Shown here: piece after piece, positions 10,593-19,748 of the stretch | How positions within the stretch are numbered: the first letter of the stretch is position 1 | Layout: every line of letters starts with the position of its first letter | Assembly: GCA_037441845.1 (NCBI GenBank) | Contig: JBBIRK010000001.1 | Span: 369,284-433,283, forward strand | DNA length: 64,000 bases | From: Candidatus Zixiibacteriota bacterium | GTDB taxonomy: Bacteria > Zixibacteria > MSB-5A5 > UBA10806 > 4484-95 | Reading direction: 5' to 3' | Position numbers and translations under genes: made by a program | Notes under the pieces: generated by a model | What the model saw: only the letters and a program-made list of their open reading frames with translations | Database searches by the model: none | Told to the model about the DNA's origin: nothing

Positions 10593-10972
10593 TGAAAGAC
10601 GCCCTCCATTTCCTCGAGCGTGCGTTGGGTGAATTCCGGGGTGCAATGCTCGTAGAATTCGAACAGATAATCGGGGTAGCGCGTTTGTATATGAAAGCCG
10701 GCATAACCCGCCAGCTTCTCGATCAGATCGGCCGGCAACTCACCCCGCATTTGCCTTGCCAAAAGCGTGAGCGAATGCGTCTGCGGCGCGTGACGTCGGG
10801 TTCGCTTTACGTAGAGCGCTTTGAGGGCTTTTTCCAGAGCCATGTGAGCCAGAAATAAAGCGTAAGGGTAACGGCCCACCTTATATACGTCATGCGCCGA
10901 TTCCATGTCGTATTTTGCGCCGTCAAGCCAATAGGATACCGCTTTGGCGATATCGAAATCGCGCCGTTTCAT
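10565..10972 (-). CDS. HEPN domain protein
   Basis: W..A..D...A, HMALEKALKA, THSL..L and TRYPD motifs; adjacent to MNT. Confidence 0.85.
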   Translation of the reverse strand: MKRRDFDIAKAVSYWLDGAKYDMESAHDVYKVGRYPYALFLAHMALEKALKALYVKRTRRHAPQTHSLTLLARQMRGELPADLIEKLAGYAGFHIQTRYPDYLFEFYEHCTPEFTQRTLEEMEGVFQWLIRKLNG

Positions 10973-10978
10973 TAATTT

Positions 10979-11007
10979 AATATATCAGGAGGAGATGCGA
11001 TAGTCAA
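10979..11007 (-). promoter_or_regulatory. Sigma70 promoter, leaderless HEPN transcript
   Basis: TTGACT-17-TATATT (TGn-extended), 6 nt before ATG 10972. Confidence 0.65.
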
Positions 11008-11090
11008 TGACGGCGCCCACGGAAAAGCGCAGAACACTGCCGGCAATCCGGTCGCGGCCTACGGCAGCATGGTGAGGCTGCGGAAAATAG

Positions 11091-11118
11091 TTGCTTCAGG
11101 CACGGGAAGATTTATATT
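11091..11118 (+). promoter_or_regulatory. Sigma70-like promoter facing a region with no credible ORF
   Basis: TTGCTT-16-TATATT. Confidence 0.45.
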
Positions 11119-11123
11119 TTTAT

Positions 11124-11291
11124 AGCTGGCAGCTAATGTAAGTTTCTGACACAGGCCTACAAAGTTCTTTATGGTCGCCCCCGGCACCCACAACGGCATA
11201 ACCGTGCAGGGGATCGGGATCGAGAACTCCATGCGGGTGATTTATGGACTGACAAGAATGGATGGCGCTTTCGACTTCTATTTACTCATTA
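11124..11291 (+). ncRNA. Candidate structured small RNA (long irregular hairpin with central bubble)
   Basis: Nested complementary segments found by eye: TAATG/CATTA, TTCT/AGAA, CAG.CC/GG.CTG, AGTTCT/AGAACT, CCCC/GGGG, GCAC/GTGC. Upstream promoter present; no family recognised. Confidence 0.3.
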
Positions 11292-11348
11292 CTTGGTTGT
11301 CGGCAAAAATATGAGCGCATCTCCCCCTTTTATCAGCGATCAATTTAC

Positions 11349-11376
11349 TTGACATCCTCGCCGTCGCCGATACTAT
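11349..11376 (+). promoter_or_regulatory. Sigma70 promoter of the M50/HlyD gene
   Basis: TTGACA-16-TACTAT. Confidence 0.6.
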
Positions 11377-11421
11377 CATATTGCAATCGGCCGAAAAGAC
11401 CCGCTTTTTCTTATCGGCCAG

Positions 11422-13713
11422 GTGATGCCAATGATGATCCCATCCCCTTTACGCGCCGATCTCGATATCTCGCCGCAGGAAACCGCCGAGGGAAAAGTAT
11501 TCGTAATCAGAAATCCCGATAGCGGCAAATATTATCGTTTCCGCGAGAAAGAATTCTTTCTCGCCGGCCAGTTCGACGGCATCAGCGATTTCGAGCAAAT
11601 CGCCCTAAAATTCGAAGCCCGATTCGGCGAGCAGCCGCCGATTCGAGCTATTGAGCAGTTCGCCGCCCAGTTGGCATCCATAGGGCTTTTGCAAGGGTCA
11701 TCGCCTGGTGTAAAAATAGCGGGATCCGAAACCCGACGTCCTCTGCTTCCCCGACTGCTCTTCATAAAAATCAAAGCGTTGAATCCGGAAAAATTTATCG
11801 CCGGAACCTACCGGTTCATAAAACCGCTCTATTCCCATTACGCATATGTTGCCTATATTTTTATGGTCCTGATCGCCGCCGTACTGACTATCGCCGATTA
11901 CGAAGAGCTTCTTTACCAAGGCAAAAAAGTGCTGGGGCCGCAAGCGGTGCTGTTGATCTACCTGATAACCATAGTTGTCACTTTCATCCACGAATTATCG
12001 CATTCCTACGCATGTCATAAATACGGCGGCAAAGTGAACGATATGGGGTTGCTGTTGCTTTATTTTCTGCCCTGCTTCTACACCGACGTTTCCAGCTCTT
12101 ATATGTTCGCCGACCGCAAAAAAAGACTGGCGGTGACGCTGGCCGGCATCGTCAGCCAGATCGTGGTCTGGGCCCTTGCCGTGATTATCTGGCGGATCAC
12201 CGAAATCGACACATTTGTAAATAAGGTCGCTTTTCTTATAATCGCTCTGTCGTTTGTCGGCATATCTTTCAATCTGAACCCGCTTCTACGTCTCGATGGC
12301 TACTACGTTCTGGCCGATCTCTGGGAAATACCGAACCTCAGGCGCAAGGCGTTCACCTATATCAGGCAGAAAATAATCGGGCTCGGCGAAAACGAAATCG
12401 TGTTGGAACCGCCCTCACGGCTGCGCCGCAAATTGATTATCTACGGCCTTGCGGCGATGATTTATTCGGTTGCCTTTTTCGGTTATATTTTTTACCATCT
12501 CGGTCAATTCGTTCATGCCCATCTCGGCGGCCCGGCAGTGGCGTTGATGATTTTGCTGTTGATTTATTTGGCCTACGATGGCATGAAAAAAGGGATGATT
12601 CTGAAAGCGCTTTACAACCAACGCGGCGCCATTATGCGCCCCAGACGATTGCTGATCCTCGGAACCATATTAACAGCGGCGATCCTCAGTCTGATTTTCG
12701 TAAAAGTTGAATTTCGTATTACCGCCAACTGCCTGATTCTTCCCCGCGAACAAGCCAGTCTCAAAATAACCTCTCCGGGTTCGGCCGAGATGCTCATACA
12801 GAAAGCCAACGAAGAAACGGCACTGAAACAGTATCAGCTTATTTCGCAAGAGTTCTCCGTCCTTTCGATTACGCCTTTGCTTAAGGTGGGTGATTCGGTG
12901 AAAGCAGGCGATCTGATTGCCAGCATCAAATCGAATATCTATGAGGCAGAGCGTCGGGAACGATACGCCAATCTCGAACGGGCGAAACGGCAGCTAGAAC
13001 TTCTCGAACGAGGACCGCAAATTGAGGAAATCAGGCAGACCGAGGATATACTACGGCAGACCAGGTTCAAGGCTGAAAAAGCGCTCATCGATCTTAATCG
13101 CGCCGAAAGCTTGTTCGCCAAGGGGATGATCCCGAAAGATGAGCTGGAGCAAAAAAGAACCCAAAGTCAGGTGGCCAAAGCCGAATCCGATTTTTACCAG
13201 AATCAATTGACGTTGTTGAAACGGGGGGCACGGCCCGAGGAAATCGAGATGGCGCGCGCGCAGGTAGATCAGCTTGCCGCCAGAATCAGCCATCTTGAAA
13301 GTCAGATCGAACAGACGTCGGTCCAATCGCCTATTGCCGGTGTGGTGACTCAGGTTTCCGAAAGCACGACGGTGATAACGATAGCCAGAACCGACACGAT
13401 GAGGCTGCGGATTTTCGTGTCGGAAAAAGAAATCGCCGCGGTAACCCCGGGAAGCGCGGTTAAGGCAAGGATGCATTCATTCCCGGACAAGACCTACGCG
13501 GGAGAAGTTCTTAAAATAGATCCTTTGGTCATCGAGGATGACCGCGAGCGGCAGGTCGTAATAGTAACCGCCGGCATCGCCAACGAATACGGCGACCTAA
13601 AGCCGGGCATGACCGGTAAAGCCAAGATCAATTGCGGCAAAAGACGCCTCGGCGGCATAATCCTATGGCATATTTTCCGCCAGCTCAGATTGGAATTCTG
13701 GTCATGGTGGTAA
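11422..13713 (+). CDS. PqqD/RRE-like domain + M50 (site-2) membrane metallopeptidase + HlyD-type adaptor fusion
   Basis: N-terminal VFVIRNPDSGKYYRF...QLASIGLL (RRE-like); IHELSH; NLNPLLRLDG; coiled coil; SPIAGVV; LKPGMTGKAKI. Exact start uncertain (11422-11434). Confidence 0.85.
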   Translation: MMPMMIPSPLRADLDISPQETAEGKVFVIRNPDSGKYYRFREKEFFLAGQFDGISDFEQIALKFEARFGEQPPIRAIEQFAAQLASIGLLQGSSPGVKIAGSETRRPLLPRLLFIKIKALNPEKFIAGTYRFIKPLYSHYAYVAYIFMVLIAAVLTIADYEELLYQGKKVLGPQAVLLIYLITIVVTFIHELSHSYACHKYGGKVNDMGLLLLYFLPCFYTDVSSSYMFADRKKRLAVTLAGIVSQIVVWALAVIIWRITEIDTFVNKVAFLIIALSFVGISFNLNPLLRLDGYYVLADLWEIPNLRRKAFTYIRQKIIGLGENEIVLEPPSRLRRKLIIYGLAAMIYSVAFFGYIFYHLGQFVHAHLGGPAVALMILLLIYLAYDGMKKGMILKALYNQRGAIMRPRRLLILGTILTAAILSLIFVKVEFRITANCLILPREQASLKITSPGSAEMLIQKANEETALKQYQLISQEFSVLSITPLLKVGDSVKAGDLIASIKSNIYEAERRERYANLERAKRQLELLERGPQIEEIRQTEDILRQTRFKAEKALIDLNRAESLFAKGMIPKDELEQKRTQSQVAKAESDFYQNQLTLLKRGARPEEIEMARAQVDQLAARISHLESQIEQTSVQSPIAGVVTQVSESTTVITIARTDTMRLRIFVSEKEIAAVTPGSAVKARMHSFPDKTYAGEVLKIDPLVIEDDRERQVVIVTAGIANEYGDLKPGMTGKAKINCGKRRLGGIILWHIFRQLRLEFWSWW

Positions 13714-13720
13714 ATTAGAT

Positions 13721-14647
13721 ATGCCTACGCGCAGCGCCCGCTCCCTCCGGACAAGCGATATAGTATATAGACCTTGTCGCCAGAACGACCTTGTGCCCGC
13801 GATAAAGCTCGTATTGCGCAGTCTCAATCATTTGCGGCGCGCCACAGGCAAAAAACCGATTCGCCCTCGGCTAAAAAAAATCCCCCCGCTCTGGTCACAC
13901 CTTTTCCGCACGGATCGCCCGCGGTTCTGGAGCGCCTGGCACAAAGGGAAAATGGTCGGTTTCACTGCGGCTCTGCAGCGAGGGAAACAATGGTATCTTG
14001 CTTATCTTTTCGTGGATCCTCGATATCAGGATCGAAAAATCGGCGGATTTCTGCTGGAAAAAGTCTGGCGCGACGGCCCGGGATACACTCACTCGCTGGC
14101 GACATTCTCGTTCAACATGAAAGCGGTCGGCCTCTACAGCCAATTCGGATTGACTCCGATCTGCGGTTTCCCGATGATGACCGCCGTCCGCTCGAAATTG
14201 CGATTGGATAAAAAACCGGCTCTGACCGCTAAGAAGCCGATCGGTCGCAGCGACCTAAAATGGATAATCGCTCTTGAAAAGAAAATTCGCGGTTATCAAA
14301 GACCTCAAGAATGGGGTTTTTGGAAAAATCAAGAAAATTTCACCATCAATCTTTTCCGCGACGGCCGAAGAAATGTGGGGTACAGCCTGGTTTCCGACGA
14401 AGGTCTTATCGGCCCGGCAGGCGCCATAAGTGGGAAATATCTTCTGCAGGTGATCGATTCGTCGATCAAGACCTGTCCGCCCAAGAAAGGAAGGGAATTC
14501 TACCTCTGGTGCCCGGCGACAAATATGAAGCTTTATCGTTTTCTTATTGAAAAAGGATTCAGGTGTCAGGAGATGGAGCTTTTCATGTCGGATAAAGATT
14601 ACCCGGATTTCAGCCGATACGTTCCCGCGATGTTGGCTTTACTTTGA
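13721..14647 (+). CDS. GNAT family acetyltransferase
   Basis: LFVDPRYQDRKIG acetyl-CoA motif; AVGLYSQFG. Confidence 0.8.
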   Translation: MPTRSARSLRTSDIVYRPCRQNDLVPAIKLVLRSLNHLRRATGKKPIRPRLKKIPPLWSHLFRTDRPRFWSAWHKGKMVGFTAALQRGKQWYLAYLFVDPRYQDRKIGGFLLEKVWRDGPGYTHSLATFSFNMKAVGLYSQFGLTPICGFPMMTAVRSKLRLDKKPALTAKKPIGRSDLKWIIALEKKIRGYQRPQEWGFWKNQENFTINLFRDGRRNVGYSLVSDEGLIGPAGAISGKYLLQVIDSSIKTCPPKKGREFYLWCPATNMKLYRFLIEKGFRCQEMELFMSDKDYPDFSRYVPAMLALL

Positions 14648-14724
14648 TTTTCTCTATCATCTCCAATTTTATATCAAGATTCGGTTGATCTCACGATGAC
14701 CCGTCGCGCGTTTGCGATATACGC

Positions 14725-14756
14725 AAAAAAGCCCGCCGGCATGATACCGGCAGGCT
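14725..14756 (-). terminator. Rho-independent terminator
   Basis: Minus strand AGCCTGCCGG-loop-CCGGCGGGCT followed by TTTTT. Confidence 0.75.
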
Positions 14757-14788
14757 GGAAAATTCGGCTGGATAACGGCCGATAAAGG

Positions 14789-16207
14789 TTAATCCTCGCA
14801 ATGACCCGGACCGATTAGGCCGTTGCTGTAGTCATCGAGGTCTCCATGCCAATCGAGCACCATTTGCTGTTCCGCTGCGCTCATACCGGCCCAATCAAGA
14901 TGGTTGTGAGTGGACAAAAATTCATCAGCGGCGGTGATGACCCCCGCCACATCGGTCATGCTTGCGCCGGCCGCCACGTTCAATTTGGCTCCGAGCAACT
15001 GCGCATAGAGCTTCGTGATTCCGTTTTCCGGCGTTCCGTAGACATTCTGATTAAGAATATTCACAGCCATTACGTTCGTGGTTACATTAAGGCTCTTAGC
15101 GCCACCGGCAGTCCCAAGCCACAAGGGCAAAAGAGGCGTAACCATGTTGGCCTGATTACCGCGGCCGAGACCGGCGTGATTTTTCCAGTAGCCGATCGTT
15201 CTGGTGCAACCGAGTTGAGGAGTACGATAAAGCCCGGCGTCCCAGGTCAAGTCGGTTTCGCCGGCCTCAAGCGTCGTGCATATGGTCATACCGGTGTTGA
15301 TGTCGGCATCGCTGTCGCGGGTGTCATCACCGCCCTGATCGTTCGCGCTGAATATATAACCGGCCGGGACGATAAAATGAACATTATAGTTCCCCGGGAC
15401 GAGATTATCGAAAAGATAATACCCGTTGGCATCGGTTACGGTGGCGCCTACAAGATTTACCGCGCAATCGTATAAATGCACAGCCACACCGGCGAATCCC
15501 GGCTCACCGGAATTCTGAATGCCGTTCATATTGACATCGTGCCAGACGAAATCCCCCAAGGCGGCGGGACGCGGCGCCACTTCAAGATCGAATTTAATCA
15601 GGCTCTGCTTTTCCAAATCGGTCTCGCTGGCCCAACCCGTATATAGATAATTACCGGCGAAATTGGTATTAGGCTCAATCTGCCAGATATAGGCATCAGC
15701 GATCGCAATGGTCGTATCGCTGACCGGCCCATCGGGATTGGTGTAATAAATGCGCAAATAAGGTTTGTAAACGTGTTCGCGGCTTAAAAATACCGCACGG
15801 GGATAAGTTTGGTTCACCTGGTCAAGCAAGAGGCCGTAATTCGGGTATGATCCGTTCAACCAACCAAGCACCAGCGGACTGATATTCACCGATGTTCAGC
15901 CGCCTGAGGCAACGACAAGAGAGCCCATCACCGCCGCATCGTAGGCGCCGCCGAAATTATTCCAAGTTATACTCGCCCCACTCCAATCCGCGGTTACGCG
16001 ATGAACGTCAACCGTCTGCCCGTTGGGAATATTGACATAGATGAACATGCTGGCTGAATCGATTGAAGCACCGGTGGGCAACGTAAAACGGGGCGCCAAA
16101 CCTCCGGACTCCCTGTTTTCCGGCGCGACAGGCAGGTGATTCTGGCAGCCTATGCCTATAATGGCAATTAGCGTCATTATGGCAATTAGCGTGACTTTCT
16201 TGAACAT
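14789..16207 (-). pseudogene. Lipoprotein with DNRLRE/CBM96-like and SdrD-B-like domains, interrupted by an in-frame TGA at 15896-15898
   Basis: ORFs 15896..16207 and 14789..15889 share a frame (GG*TSVNISPLV); lipobox IGIGC; SD AGGAGG; LGDFVWHDVNMNGIQ SdrD-B motif. Confidence 0.7.
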
Positions 16208-16260
16208 GGCTTCACCTCCTGATGGAACTTTAATTAGATTTCATTAAACATAAATATAAG

Positions 16261-16277
16261 TGCAATCTTTGTGCCAA
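16261..16277 (-). promoter_or_regulatory. Sigma54 (-24/-12) promoter
   Basis: TTGGCAC-AAAGA-TTGCA, consensus spacing, 54 nt upstream of ATG 16207. Confidence 0.8.
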
Positions 16278-16314
16278 AATCATTTATTTTAGCAATATTG
16301 CTTTTTATGCTATA

Positions 16315-16327
16315 TATCAATTGATTA
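16315..16327. promoter_or_regulatory. IHF-like binding site
   Basis: TATCAA-TTGA-TTA fits WATCAANNNNTTR, in an AT-rich tract upstream of the sigma54 site. Confidence 0.5.
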
Positions 16328-16495
16328 GTCACGCCTTCATAGTTGCCAAAAGCAAAAGTGATGTTAAAGACCTCCGCCGGATGGAATGAAATTCGACTAT
16401 TAACCATAATTTTATACCTAAAGCGGCCCTATCGCTTATTCATATTCGGATTGTCAAATATCGGCAGCGACCAAGAAACAACTTCATAAAATCGA

Positions 16496-16524
16496 TTGCT
16501 TGACGCACCTTTCGAAATTATACT
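16496..16524 (+). promoter_or_regulatory. recA promoter
   Basis: TTGCTT-17-TATACT. Confidence 0.55.
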
Positions 16525-16641
16525 TGTATCGATTACCGGAAATGGCGGCGCGATATCGATTAGACGAGCATTGCGGCGGCATTCAACTGCATCGACCAAA
16601 CTGGTTCGGCTTTTCGCGGCCCGGCATAAGGAGAATGAATT

Positions 16642-17697
16642 ATGACTGCGGAAATGGCATCCCAGAAAAAGAAATCGCTTGAGGGAGCCCTGACCCAAAT
16701 CGAACGTCAGTTCGGCAAAGGTTCGATCATGCGCCTGGGCGATACGACCACGGGCGTGAAGATTCCCACGATTTCAACCGGCTCCCTCGGTCTGGATATC
16801 GCGCTGGGTATCGGCGGACTGCCCCGGGGCAGAGTCGTGGAGATATTCGGGCCGGAATCGTCGGGCAAGACTACATTGGCGCTGCATGCGATTGCCGAGG
16901 CTCAAAAAGCAGGAGGAATCGCCGCATTTATCGATGCCGAACATGCTCTCGATGCCGTTTATGCCCGCGCGCTCGGAGTCGATATCGACAATCTTCTGAT
17001 AAGTCAACCCGACACCGGCGAGCAAGCGCTCGAGATTACCGAAACGCTGGTCAGATCCGGTGCCATCGATATCATCGTAATCGACTCCGTGGCCGCGTTG
17101 GTGCCGCGCGCGGAAATCGAGGGTGAAATGGGTGACGCCCATATGGGATTGCAGGCGCGCTTGATGTCGCAGGCATTGCGCAAACTGGCCGGCACGATAG
17201 CAAAATCGCATACCTGCGTCGTGTTCATCAATCAGATCAGAATGAAAATCGGCGTAATGTTCGGAAATCCCGAGACTACCACAGGCGGAACCGCTCTGAA
17301 ATTTTACGCCAGCGTCCGCATCGACATCCGCAAAATCGCGACCATCAAAGACGGAGATACCGTAACCGGATCGCGCACCCGAGTCAAAGTGGTAAAAAAT
17401 AAAGTAGCCCCGCCCTTCAAAGAAGCCGAGTTCGATATAATTTACGGCAAGGGGATATCCCGTTCCGGAGAGCTTATCGATCTTGGAGTCAACGCCAATA
17501 TACTCGAAAAAACCGGAACCTGGTTCTCCTACGGCGAAAACCGACTGGGACAGGGTCGCGACAACTCGAGGGCATATCTCGAAGAAAACCCCGCTTTGGC
17601 CAAAGAGATAGATTCGAGTATCCGCAGACATTTCGGCCTTGATGCCGTCGAGCCGGAAAAGCCGAAAGCGGAACCGGGCGAGGGGAAAAAAAGGTAG
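16642..17697 (+). CDS. recA: Recombinase A
   Basis: [36 protein letters not shown]. Confidence 0.99.
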   Translation: MTAEMASQKKKSLEGALTQIERQFGKGSIMRLGDTTTGVKIPTISTGSLGLDIALGIGGLPRGRVVEIFGPESSGKTTLALHAIAEAQKAGGIAAFIDAEHALDAVYARALGVDIDNLLISQPDTGEQALEITETLVRSGAIDIIVIDSVAALVPRAEIEGEMGDAHMGLQARLMSQALRKLAGTIAKSHTCVVFINQIRMKIGVMFGNPETTTGGTALKFYASVRIDIRKIATIKDGDTVTGSRTRVKVVKNKVAPPFKEAEFDIIYGKGISRSGELIDLGVNANILEKTGTWFSYGENRLGQGRDNSRAYLEENPALAKEIDSSIRRHFGLDAVEPEKPKAEPGEGKKR

Positions 17698-17864
17698 CCT
17701 TCGCGACCACAGTATAAAAGGCGGAATCCGGCGACGGAGCGACTCCGACCAAAGGAGCAGAAACGCCCGGCCCAACCCGGATTCCCTATAGCTATATTCG
17801 ATCTTCGGCGGTTGCTATTTTGCATCGCGGGCATGTGGACTTTCGATATCGGTCGTTTGAACAG

Positions 17865-19748
17865 TTATCTGAACAGCACCTTCGCCTCATCTTTTTCTTT
17901 GCCGGTCAGGATAATCAGAAATGAGCCGTCGGCAACCGGCTTCGATTCCAATTTTCTTCCATCGCCATCGGTTATTTCAATCGGCTTTTTTCCCGGTGAG
18001 GCGAAAAGCTTAAGTGAAGTACCAGGCGGATATTCAGCGTTTTTCAAATTCACCCGGCAAGTGGTGGTCTCACTATCCCAGCTCACGTTCAGACGAACAC
18101 GATTGCGGCGGTTCCAGAAATCGGCAACGTCTTTCGCCCGAGCGATCCAGACATCGCCGGTGGCCGCTGCATTACGAATAAATTTCATAAGCGGCGTCAA
18201 AGTTCGATCGGAAAACCCCTCGAAAGCCGCATGGCCGATTTGCACCATCAGGCCCCCTTCGGGCAATACGGTGTTCCGAAAATACTGTTCCAAAAAGGTT
18301 TCATATAAGAGTGCTCTTTGTTCGATTGCCGCAGCCGACTTCCTCCCCTCTGAGCCGATCAAGTCTCCATAGAACGCCCAATCATCGAGATAGATCGGAG
18401 AAAGCTCGAGCAGATCCGTGGAAATGATTCTGCCTTTTTCATCGAAAATAGGAAGATTATAGGGGAAAATACTGCCTTCGTAATATTCGCGATGGTTCAC
18501 CGGCAGGCTGCTGTCGTAAAGATATCCTTTTTCGGCAAGTATAAGCAGGCCGTCGAACGACCGCCGGAATCGCGGAAAACGGAATCCTGCCGGCTTGGAA
18601 CTCATGCGGCTTTCCATTATCGTGATATCTTCCCGGAACCTCTGGAAATTAGGCTCACCGTAATCGACCGTTCCCGCACCCGACGAGGCTACTTCCACGC
18701 GATCGGATACGGCTAATTGCGCCATTCTGGCTGGACCATTCGTCCCCTCAATAAATACCGTGAAAGCACCCCCGACATGCAAAATAGAATCGATCGTAGC
18801 TGCGAAATCCGGCTCGGAACCGTCGGCGCCGAGCGTGATGACCAGTGCTGCGAGCTTGCCATAGGGCCAGGCACTTATACCTACGATCGGGACATCATCG
18901 GGCGCCTCCGCCGCCAAGCTCATTATTCTCTTAAAAAACGCTTTGATCTCCTCGGGATTCGAGAGTCCCCCGTCGATCGCCGGATGCAGAAGCAATGAGA
19001 ACGTAAGATAAATCGCGGAGCCCTTGCCGAAATCATTATAAATCGCGCCGCCAAACATATCGGCTCCCTGCCAGAAAGCCCAGAATTTTCCATCGCCGTC
19101 CTCGATCCGATCTTGCGGCACCAAAATCCATCCCGCATCGGGAATGCTGAAAGAATCCCGGTCTGTGGACCAACAGCCCCCGAGGAAGGATTCGGTATTC
19201 AGTTTGAATGTGTAGCCGCTGAGTTCGACTTCCTTAAATGAGGTCCCGAAAAGTCTTGCCAGCGGCCAATTGTTTTCATCCAGTTTTCCCGTGGCGCTTA
19301 CCCTGTCGGCGCCATCCATCCGATTGCGTCCGATATTCTCGCCTGCCACCAGCACGCCTCCCTTTTCGACCCAGTTCATGATATTCGCCATCGCCAGCGA
19401 ATCCATATAGGTCAACGAAAATTTCCTGTCGGCGTCGTGGCTGCCGTACAAGGTCGGTAAAATGAGAATATTATAATTCTGCAATGTCGCGGATTCATAA
19501 AGAGCGGTTCTGTTCTCCAGCCGGGTCGGACAGCCGAGCGAATTGAGCGCCTCATGCGCCGCAAGCACGCCGTCGCCGATCGCCCCGGTGCCCTCGCCGT
19601 CTCCGGAGGTTATTATGAGCGCGGCGGGTGTCCGATAGATATGACTCGGCCGGCCTGATTCTCTATCGATTTTCTTGGTGCAACCGATCAATGATATTGC
19701 AACGATCAACAATACAGCCGGGATCGACAATTTCGAAGGTCGCGTCAT
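17865..19748 (-). CDS. Lipoprotein with GATase-like domain and degenerate polysaccharide deacetylase (NodB-like) domain
   Basis: Lipobox LIGC; WVEKGGVLV; WPYGK..A...TLGAD, GFRFP, GYLYDSS. Confidence 0.7.
   Translation of the reverse strand: MTRPSKLSIPAVLLIVAISLIGCTKKIDRESGRPSHIYRTPAALIITSGDGEGTGAIGDGVLAAHEALNSLGCPTRLENRTALYESATLQNYNILILPTLYGSHDADRKFSLTYMDSLAMANIMNWVEKGGVLVAGENIGRNRMDGADRVSATGKLDENNWPLARLFGTSFKEVELSGYTFKLNTESFLGGCWSTDRDSFSIPDAGWILVPQDRIEDGDGKFWAFWQGADMFGGAIYNDFGKGSAIYLTFSLLLHPAIDGGLSNPEEIKAFFKRIMSLAAEAPDDVPIVGISAWPYGKLAALVITLGADGSEPDFAATIDSILHVGGAFTVFIEGTNGPARMAQLAVSDRVEVASSGAGTVDYGEPNFQRFREDITIMESRMSSKPAGFRFPRFRRSFDGLLILAEKGYLYDSSLPVNHREYYEGSIFPYNLPIFDEKGRIISTDLLELSPIYLDDWAFYGDLIGSEGRKSAAAIEQRALLYETFLEQYFRNTVLPEGGLMVQIGHAAFEGFSDRTLTPLMKFIRNAAATGDVWIARAKDVADFWNRRNRVRLNVSWDSETTTCRVNLKNAEYPPGTSLKLFASPGKKPIEITDGDGRKLESKPVADGSFLIILTGKEKDEAKVLFR

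Noticed and set aside
11171..11314. 47-aa ORF as a RiPP precursor for the RRE-M50 protein
   Set aside because: No SD and no leader or core features; RNA structure explains the region at least as well.
15896..15898. Genome-wide TGA reassignment
   Set aside because: TGA ends clear genes in this window (rpmH, gmhA, 5'-nucleotidase, moxR).
16530..16641. LexA/SOS box before recA
   Set aside because: No convincing match to the boxes I know (CTGT-N8-ACAG, GAAC-N4-GTTC, GTTC-N7-GTTC).
16774..17775. 333-aa ORF antisense to recA
   Set aside because: Shadow frame of a conserved gene; no motifs.
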